Assembly: GCA_963924565.1 (NCBI GenBank)
Contig: OZ004609.1
Coordinates: forward strand, 34,224,001 to 34,288,000
Origin: Ascidiella aspersa
Taxonomy: Eukaryota
DNA length: 64,000 bases
Reading direction: 5' to 3'
This document shows positions 25,580 through 35,700 of this stretch, piece by piece. Below the pieces are notes generated by a model. That model ran no database searches. It was not told where the DNA came from and was given only the letters and a program-made list of their open reading frames with translations. How positions within the stretch are numbered: the first letter of the stretch is position 1; the number at the start of each line of letters is the position of its first letter. Both the position numbers and the translations under genes were made by a program.

Positions 25580-26256
25580 CAGGGGTCGGGAACCTATGGC
25601 TCGCGAGCCATATATGCCTCTTTTTGTGACGCCATAAGGCTTCTTTCATGAAAGATTATTGCTTGCTGATAAACCTAAGCTATCCCTTGTCAGCATGATC
25701 TAAATAAAACTACAAGCGGCTACGACCGCCTTCCTAACTTTATTTCTTCTTTTTATTACAGAAACTAGCAATTTTTTTTTGAATCTCTTTATATCCAAAA
25801 GGCCCCGTTCTTTCAACGGAACTCCGTAAGGGTAACACTAATTTACGGAATGATGAATGGTCGGAATGGTCGGAACGCTCACATTATTATTATTAAATAT
25901 AATAACACTTGACCCACCTTCACCCAAACGCTAACCCCCACCCTAACTCAAATATTGTGCTTTGGTTTAATAATTGTTTTAACAGGGTAACACTTCAATT
26001 AGTGAGCGTTCCGACCATTCCGACCATTCATTATTCCGTAAATTAGTATTACCCCTCCGTAATCAAAATTGTGCAAACTTGGCTCGTTCATTTTTGCTGT
26101 CCTTTAATTGAGAAAGAAAATAAACGGCCCTGCTCAATTTACCTTATTTCAACCAATAACTAGATGTTAAAAAAGTATTATACGGCTTTCACGAAAACAC
26201 AACCACGAATATTTGACTTTTATGGCTTCCTTAGCTATAAAGGTTCCCGACCCCTG
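25580..26256. mobile_element. hAT-type MITE hosting a nested element
   Basis: TIRs CAGGGGTCGGGAACCT / AGGTTCCCGACCCCTG; TSD AGTTATAG/AGTTACAG (7/8). Confidence 0.85.
25830..26054. mobile_element. Merlin-like MITE nested in the hAT MITE
   Basis: ~53-bp near-perfect TIRs starting GGGTAACACTAATTTACGGAAT; perfect 8-bp TSD CTCCGTAA. Confidence 0.8.
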
Positions 26257-26359
26257 AGTTACAGCATCATCCACTTCACTTAAACGCTTCTACTTTCTGC
26301 TCTAAAGCCTTGCGGTGGCTTATATTTAACTTATGAACCTCGCTTTCTGCAAGGCCAAA

Positions 26360-26620
26360 ACAACACAGTAGTAATAGCAGCAGATGCAGCAGTAATACCA
26401 GCAACAGCAATAGTAGCAGCATAGCATCATATCCTCTACACCTAAACGCTTCTACTTTCTGCACTGCTTGCGGTAGCTTATATTTAACTTACTTAAGCGT
26501 GCTTTCTGGGAGGCCAAAGCAGCAACAGTAGTGATAACAGCAGATGCAGTAGTAATAGCAGTAACAGCAGCATCAGTGGCAGCAACAACAGCAGTAGTAG
26601 CAGCATTAGTAGCAGCAGTC
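26360..26620 (+). repeat. (CAG/TAG/CAA)n low-complexity tract within a degenerate tandem duplication (25380-26620)
   Basis: AGCAGCAGTAGTAGCAGC runs; repeated CTTATATTTAACTTA..CGC.TTTCT units. Confidence 0.7.
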
Positions 26621-26649
26621 ATCACAACCTACGATTGCTCGACAACAAC

Positions 26650-26730
26650 ACGCTGCACAGCTGTGACGTGACAGACCACGTGATCCAGCTGTCTTGCGCG
26701 CAAAAATAAACCTGAGGTGCTCGCGTCAAT
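26650..26730. promoter_or_regulatory. Candidate Paraxis upstream enhancer/promoter (E-box triplet)
   Basis: CAGCTG 26658, CACGTG 26677, CAGCTG 26686 and TGACGT within ~35 bp, ~1.7 kb upstream of the Paraxis ATG. Confidence 0.4.
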
Positions 26731-29700
26731 CAAAGCGACACTCTCTATCTTACTCCATTGCAAATCTAATATGTCGTCGTTGTGTTAAATAGATAAGCAA
26801 ACCAATGGGTCAAATCGTTTGCAAAATATTTCCTAATTGCTACAGTATTTGAAAAAAGTCCAAGTTTAAACGATCCTTTTTTTAGAATTGCTGAATCTAT
26901 GTCAAGAGATTTGCAAATACAACTTACCAGTAATAAAGGTTTTAAAGAGGGGAGAAAGTTGAATAAGTTTTTCCCAAAACGATGCAATTTTTTTATAGAT
27001 GACGTTTCAAAATTACGTCATAACGGAACGTCTAAAACAAGTAAGGTTAGGAAACTTGAGCTTATCGTTCGATGTCAAACATGCATCTGAAACCCTAGTT
27101 TAAATATATTCAAATAGATAGCGGTATGACCTGGCGAAAAAAAAAGCCTTGTAAAAATAACATTTTCATGGCATTTTTATGTCATCTCTAATAACGCATG
27201 CTTCCCGGTAGGAAAATTATTTTAACTCCTGGTAGGATGGTAATACCAAGTTCTAAATTCTGTGAGTAACTGTATCTCGATATATTCACAGCACAAATGA
27301 ACTAACAATAAATCCCCAGAATCCAAGTCTGATTATTCTGCACCAGCTGCTCTATTTGCGGCGCATAATTCGGCCGTTAAAATCCCGTAGAAATATTGAA
27401 CTGAAAACCCCATTAATAGCATTTTAGAAGTACATTACCACTACCACTATAAGTGTTAGTCGTATCGTTAACACGTTTTCGTTGACACACCGAAATACAA
27501 CGTGATTATGACATCACGCGGACTAAAGTTGATTTGCACAATTTTACTTTGCAAGGCAAACCTGAGCTCGAATTCATTCGAAAAAGTTTTTCAATTTTGA
27601 GAAAAAAAATTGTTTTTGTGTATTTTTTCCTGTTATTTTACCACATACCGGTACGTATTATTGTCCGAAAAGATGTAATAAATTTCCAAACGTACAACTC
27701 ACCGCTTAAGAATTGTACTAGTCAACTAAATTTTCCTTTTTTTGGAAAATGAAAATATAGTATGCCTAAATTTAAGTGAATTTGAATCGTCGATTGATTA
27801 CAAATACATTGTTCTTTATTTTACCGATCTAATTTGTATAGCGTTTTTATTTTAACAACAAAACATTGCAAGCGAATCTGTATGGTTCCTCTTTTTTGTT
27901 GTTTTAGTACCGCCACCAACGGCGCTGTGTGTATTTCAACAGGAGAAAAATAGACCACCGAAAATTTTGTTGGGGGGGCAAAAAGTTTGAACTTTTTTGT
28001 ATAGCTTTTGTCGTTGTATTAACTGCTGTAACGAACACAAATAACAATGTTAGCAAACCGTTTCGAGCAGCAACTGACTGAGTGTTAACGCAATATTGAA
28101 AAACATTCAAAGAGCAAAGCCTGTCTAAAAGTAGTAAAACTACATTAATGTATAGCAAACGTAATAATAACTACATCGTTTATGACGTAACAATGCATGA
28201 CAATTGAAGGTGTGTCCTGCCTGTTATAGTCTGTTGTGGTACTGCTCATAAATACTAAAAAAACTATTTAGGAGTAAAATATTTATAAATTTTGGGGGGG
28301 GGGGGGGGGCATGGCCCCTAAGGCTACGCCTAGGCGTACTACTCCAATAAAAAAGAAATAAAACATAATGCCATTGCATTATGAAGTGCATGTTGTCAGG
28401 TCGCTTATTGTACGTTCAAAAAAGTCAGCATTTCTCCGCTTTCTATAAAACGACTTTAAGACCTTGTGATGTAATTGCATTTGACTCATTTATACAAATT
28501 TACCGATTAGCTTTGTTTACAAAGACTAAACACTATACTATTTTAGTGAAGTTCTTAAGCAAAGAGACATGCGTCAATTGTGTCGCTTTAAGGGCATTAG
28601 CAGAAATCAACTATTTAAGTGCGAACTTAACTTGACTAAATAATGTGCAATTTTATTTCTTGTTTTGGAGTATAATGCTTGGAAGTTTTAGTAAGACAAA
28701 GTAAGAATAACAAACCAAAGAAGATGATAGCATTTCAAACGTTTGGAATATCTCTGAATTAATTTTTAAGATTTATTTCTTGTTTATTTAAAAAAATCAA
28801 ATCTTTGTCTAAGTTCGACTCTTAACAATCTTGTACGCGGCAGCGGAATGGTCAAGGATGCATTGTTTTTGTTGTATTCACGAATTCGAGAAATGCATGA
28901 CGAAAGAAAGGAAAGAAACAGAAAACAGTGTCTACGTTGGAATGCGATTGAAACGTAACAAACGGCTTTGTGACGCCACACAACAAGATACACTTGAAAC
29001 GTTGGTAGCTTTGGGAAATAGAATTTTTCGAGAACAACGAAACGCTGAATAGAACTGGCGCATGCGCGCGCGTGTGTTTGTGTGCGTTTGTTGAAGAGCC
29101 ATAAGAAAGACCGATTATTATTATTGATACAGCACCTTCAGAAATATATAGGCACACTACCGTATTTGGTGAACTCATGTTATACATGTAATAACCGATA
29201 AGGAATACGTTGGGACCATAAGCATTGGAAGATCACAAAAGTCTATCCGCTTGTTAACGTCATATTTTTCAAAAAAAACAGCTTTATTTAATTAATTTGA
29301 CGAAACGCCTTCCATCGGCCAATAAATACACAATAGTAAGTGAATTAGTTACGAAAATAGAATTAAGAAATTTCGTTCGATTCAAGCGCTAGTTTTAATG
29401 TTGTTGCCAAAAGTAAAGCGAAAAAGTTGTTATAGAAGGTCAAATTTAAAAATTTCTGAAATACCATCAGCCAACTTAAACACCTTGACAGAAAACCAAA
29501 ATTTTAAACACATTTTCAACAACCAAGAGCGCCTTTGGTTGTCCAAATGCTTTTCTAGCCTCTTAAGAAGTCAGTAAACCGACAAAATGACCCCCCTAAG
29601 CTTTGACTTGAGAACCAACCTCCCGCCCTCTAGTCAGAGACACCTGCACATGGTCACGTCCATTCGCAGTCAGGTCCTGAACCTGTATTTTTTAAATAAA

Positions 29701-29769
29701 CCACAACGATAATGATGAATCGAAAGCTCAACACTTATTCGTTTAATAGGATCGGCAGCAGTTATGACG

Positions 29770-32700
29770 TCAACCCGTCACGCTTATTACGTCATCCTCG
29801 TCGCGTTGATGACGAAATGGGTTGATGCTGTCGGCAGGCGAAGGCGTGACGTCATCGATTCGTTTTTGCGAAGGAATCACATGATTTCGGTAGGAACTAA
29901 AAAAGTCTAAATTAGTCAAAATGAAAAATAAACTTTTAAAATCTACTAATGTGTTATTATTACTTTGTCGAAATTAAAAAGCCACAAACCGCTTTTACCG
30001 TCTTTTGAGTGGGGGTAAAATACCAGGAAATCTCCAGAAATTTATTTTTATTTTTTTAGGTTAACATACAACACAGTATATTGCTAAGAACAGGTTACTG
30101 AGAACGCTCAATACTATTTGTTGCGTCAAGAGATAAAATTACGTCATACATTTCGGTTTCATGTAATATAGGGCAAATAATTTCAAATTGCACAAGTAAC
30201 GGTGATTTGCCTCCAACCGATTTTCCTTTTGTAATAGGATCTATTCATTATAAAGATAAGTATGCTTCAAACAGGTTCAAACATATAGCGAGAAAAACGA
30301 ACTTTAAAATTTAACTACTCCTTTCGTTTTCAATTCAGGACTGTGCCACAAAAGTCAAATGAACTATCAAGTTTCGAAAACTCACCTGAAGCACAAAGAG
30401 CCCTGGAAGCGAAGTGACGACTTGCTGGTGGCTTGAGGTGGTGATGACGTCACTCCAATTGCGTCATCTGGAGGAGGCGAGTCGTCTGAGAAGAGATATA
30501 ATGTTAGACGTTATACGGTTGTAAAACTAACATAACTTAAACCTTCTATTCTGGTCTATCACTGGTATCGGTACTCGTCCGATACTAGGGTGGTATCGGT
30601 ACTCGTCCGATACTAGGGTGGTATCGGTACTCGTCCGATACTAGGGTGGTATCGGTGCAAATCCACTATGATGTAGCATTCCAACAATTAGTTTATAGTG
30701 ACGTAACAATTAGTTTATTGTGACGTAACGATTAGTTTATTGTGACGTAACGATTTGATGTATTGTGACGTAGGTACAAGCGCAAGATGTCACGCCCGAG
30801 TGGAGCTCAAACAATGAGTAAAGCTGATCGGTTGGCGAAAGAATTGGAACAAGACCAAGAATTTGCTCACGTGAGTTGAACTAGGGATGTCCGATATATT
30901 GTGCTTTATTCCGATTAATTTTAGCCATAGTTTGCGATTAAACGCAGTGCATTTTTACAGCCGACTATAAAAAAGTTTGTACAATAAAACCTACATTATG
31001 TAGAAGTACCCCCACTATATAGAAAAAGACTGTATTTACGAAACGCGATGGTCGTTATGCACGGACCTCGTATGCTGAGTATTTTAAAACGATGAATCGC
31101 AAAAGAGCTACCGTAAGCCAGTGTTTCCAAAACTATTGGTCACGACCCAAAAATTAGGTTACGGTTTGAGTTGGTTTGGTGGACGACTGTGGTAGTTTTA
31201 CATGGCTAGATTTATTACAAATTTTTTAAAGTTTACGAAAACTGCGGGCGCAATACGTTGACATGGCTCAAATTAATTAAAATTGGCTTTACTATTGCTA
31301 TTGTCTTTTTCTTCTATGTTCAATGTAAGCTTGGAAAATAACCCTTAACGCAGTGTTTGACAACTTAAAGGGCGCGACCCAAAATTAGATGGCCGTTTAG
31401 TTTGGTTGGGCCGCCGACTTCAGTAGTTTTTTTTTGATTAGATTTATTGAGTTTGGTTCTCGGCAAGATTTTTCCGGAATTTACGAAGAGTCTGAAGGCA
31501 ATACGAACACACGACTTATATTTGTTAAAATTGACTTTATTAATGCCACTATCTTGTTTCTCCTTTGTTCACTTGAAGCTAACAAAACGTGGGTGGCCAA
31601 AGCTTAGCTTTTACACTTACGCTTAGTATTTGAGTCCCCGCGAAAAAAAGGATGACAAACACTGGCGTGAGCCTTGAGAGAGGAGAAATGCGTTTTTCGA
31701 CTTACCCAAGTGTTGGTCGAGGTGCTTTATAAATTCCTCGACGCCGGGAAACTTGTCGCTGGAACATTGAGCGCACTTGAAAGGGGATTTGGGAGTAACG
31801 GAAGATCGCTGGTGACTTGTAGACCTCACCCAGTCCTGCACATAACATTAACAGTCAGATGTGAAACGCTCGTTATTGTTCCTGGTTTTAGGCCGTTTTT
31901 GTATCATTTTGTGACTAGCCCCGAAAAATCCTGTAAGAAAAATAAGATGGCGAAACATTGAGCTGTAAAACTTCTGCCAGGGGTGTCCAACATGTGGCAC
32001 GCGACCTAAAAAAAAATGGCACGCAAGCCCCCCCAAATACAGCCAATTGTCAAAAAAGCTAAATTTGTTACACAGCCAATTGTCATTGTTTATTCACAAT
32101 ACAAAACAATCCTAGCAATTACGACAACAAACAATTATATACTTCTGATATTATAATACTACACTGTTTTTTTTTTTGTATAAAAAGTGCTTTTAATATT
32201 AGAAAAATAAATAGTCGCTAAACTTTGGCACGGGAAGAAGTTGTAAGATAATAATTGGCACGTCGGCATCTTTCCGTTGGACACCCCTGGTCTATGCAAA
32301 TATTTCGCAACCGAACCACGTGGTTTTTGTATTATAAACAGACAGATATAAGCAGATGCTTGTACTTGTCTCTGCTTTAAGGTATTTTTTTTTGTTATTA
32401 GCTCTAAAATCTAAAAATTAACACGAGAATATAGAGGCGAACATTGAGATATAAAACGTCTATCCAAATATTTACAAACGTACCCAAAAGGAAAACTATA
32501 GAGAACTGAAGGTTGGTGACACCTAGTCTAAAAATTTGCAATCTGGTCCAGTTTTTTACGTAACATCAATATAATTTGTAAAATAAGGCTGGAAAACCGG
32601 TTTTCGCCAATTAAAACTTTAAAGGGCAGTTAATACAGAAAAAAAATATAAAACTTAAAAAGGGCGTTCAAAAAGCCATTGCTGTTGCAAATCAATCATG

Positions 32701-35700
32701 TCATATTAAAACAACTTCAGACGGCCTAAAGCCACAGAAGAACCAGGCAATACCGAGCTGTCAAATAATATTGGCGCGCAGAAAATTAATTAAAAAGCGA
32801 GCGGCGGCGCGGTCTTACAGCCGACACTCACTCACTCCATCACCCATCAATCAAACGCGAAAAAAGCGACGAGCGGGTCAAAAAAACGCACAGCAAAAAC
32901 AAGGGGTTCTGAACGCGTGTGTGTGACGAAAAAAAGAGAGGGGGGGGGGAGTTTTTGGGCGGCCCGCCGATAACAAACGGTTTGCGCGACGGGCCGTTTA
33001 CGATGAGCGATGGTTTCGTAATAAGAACACGGGCTATGAATCAGTCGTTAAGCGGACGCCAATGTTATTGGTTTGATTGATGGGGGGCGATATATTCTGC
33101 TGTGGGTCGTTGACTGGGCGAAGGCTGTTTTTTTGCTGAGTCCATGTTGATGGTGTCGGATGATTATGTTGAGAATGAATAAAGAGATTTTGAAACACAA
33201 TACACGTGTTTTTTAGTAATTTAAATAAAAATAATAAAGCCATAATATTCGATATAATCGACATTTCGCAGTTTACAGACATTTCACTGATGATGGCATG
33301 AGGTATTGCTAAAACGTCTGTAAACTGCGAAATGTCGATTTTATCGAATATTATGGCTTTAATATTTTTTTATTGAATAAAGAGATGTTCGAAACTTTCA
33401 AACTGATACCTACACTACAGTAAAACCCAAAGTTTAAAAACCCGAGGAAAAAACAGAGTAAAGACATTTTTTAAAGAAATATATGTTTCGCCTTCACTGG
33501 CATCGTGTTTTTGACGTTTTGATTAATTTGATTATTACTTTGCTACGTATTTGTATTTTTCTTTACCAATAGAAACTGACGATGCCAGTATCGGTGAAAT
33601 ATCTACTCCTTTAAAAAAAACGACTGATCCTGGTTTTACTCAGGGTTCTAAAACTTGAATTTTATTGTTAATACACGCGTCAGCGGAACAGTGATCGACA
33701 AGCAGAAATCTCCTTAGAATGGTTTTAGAATCCATAAAGATACTGCCTTTTATATACCTACTTCTGTATAGGCTGCAGTATTCTTACTATGCCTAACTAC
33801 AACCCCCAGCCATTAGCTTATTTATTCGAAACGTTCACAAAATGCTAACTACTTCTATTTTTGGGCTTTGGTATTCATTCTACGTCAAAGAACAACCTCC
33901 AGCCATTATGCCCTAAAATAAATTCGTTTACAAGAAAACAGCGCTTATGTGTTGTGAAACTTGTGAAACGGTTTGTGCAGCGGCGCATAGGTCAACGACC
34001 TGACGGCGTGTTACGCGGAGCTTATTTCTCGACACTTGATTCGATTTCTTATTGATGGGTTTAATTTCCCGTGTTAAGTGTTGAGTGCGCTTTATAATAA
34101 TCGGCAGCACAGGCAATCGGAAACAAGGAGCAAAATGACTAATTGCTTTTGTCCCTTGTATTTTTTTTAGGCGCTGGTTCTTTTGAGACGTTCTGTTAGA
34201 CTTAGAGCAGGGGTTCTTAAACTTTTTTCACCGCGGACCCCTAAAACATTTTTTTGCTTCGCATGGACCAGTGTAGGCAAGGAATTTTAAAGATGACGTC
34301 ATAAATTGATGTCACAATACAAATAAACTTCAGAAAACTGCCGCTTCGGCTAAAAAAATGTGAAACCGCAATGGAGTCTAGAAAAACATTAAGGGCAAAA
34401 AAGTTTCCCCGAAGGGGTCTATGGACCCCAGTTTAAGAACCCCTAACTTAGAGGTAAAAGAAAAGCCGCGAAATTCCGACGAAAATTTAATTTTGGTCGC
34501 TCAAGTGATAGAAAAACTAAAAGTTATTTTTGGCAGCCTAAGTGATAGACACACAGTTGAGAAATAAAAAAACTGGGGCTTATTTTACAAGTCAATGTTT
34601 CAAGAGAAGATTTAATTGTTATTAAGCAGGCATTAGGACTGCTTTTTCGTTCTAACCATGTGGACTACGCTGCAAAAAAATCCAATTATGTTAACTATAC
34701 GGCAATAACTGTAACCATGTCAACTACGACGACCAAGCCAAATTAAATTTAAATGAAAAATCCAAATCAAATTAAATAAAATCAAACAATTTTAGGTTTT
34801 AACCCACTGACGTAATCCATATAAACATTCACCGCTCTTTGCCGCATTTGTGAGTAAACTGTGGAATATGTAATCACCTTGACAACGTTGCTTGGCAACT
34901 TGACCAGTCTGGCCATCGCGTCAACTTCTACGTCACCGATCGATGGGCTCTTGAGGTTGTGTGACGTAATAAAAACCGCGTGGTGACGTTGCAAGAGGAG
35001 CTCCTGACGTTTGCTAATCGCATCTGTTCAAATAACTGGTTAAAATAGCAAATCATGAAGTAAAACAGCGTGACAATCTTCGTATAGTTTAGACATTTTA
35101 CTGTTTTTTTTAATGCGTAGGTTTTTCCGTATGCTGCGATATTAACAGTTAATTCGAAAATAAAAACTGTTCCTGTGTACACTATGCATGGATATGTAAT
35201 ATAGCTTTATAATGAACAAAAAGGTCGAGTAGATCGACAGCATCTTGATTAAGACGTTTCGATACGAACTTGCATCATCTTCAGTTAATGTTATTATACA
35301 AGTTCGTATCGAAGCGTTTTAATCAAGATGATGTCGATCTACTCAACCTTTATGGCTTTAAGATTAATTATATCAAAAAGTTTTCCATTATTAAAATACA
35401 AGTATTGTTTATATGCAGTATTTTAAAAAGCACAGGCTCAGTAAAAATTGAAAAATCCCTATAAAAAGTACAACTTCGTCCTAAATGAATCTTTTGGAAA
35501 AGAGAACAACCAAAATTATTTTCTGTTAACATGACATGAATGTGGGTTCTACTTATAATTACACTTTGAGGTGCAAAAATGAGAAATGACATCACCGACC
35601 TTTCCAGCTTTCGTCATTCGCCACGTCATTACATTCATTTGATGACGTCACTTGCTTGGCGCCGTCCTTGCGCGACGCGTCGGCGACATCGGCGTCGCCA

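Noticed and set aside
26276-26464. Poly-Leu signal-peptide-like ORF
   Set aside because: Reverse translation of a CAG/TAG microsatellite.
31848-31930. Upstream acceptor giving an in-frame TAA before ZF4 (readthrough or pseudogene?)
   Set aside because: The acceptor at 31835 is phase-compatible with the homeodomain exon and avoids the stop.
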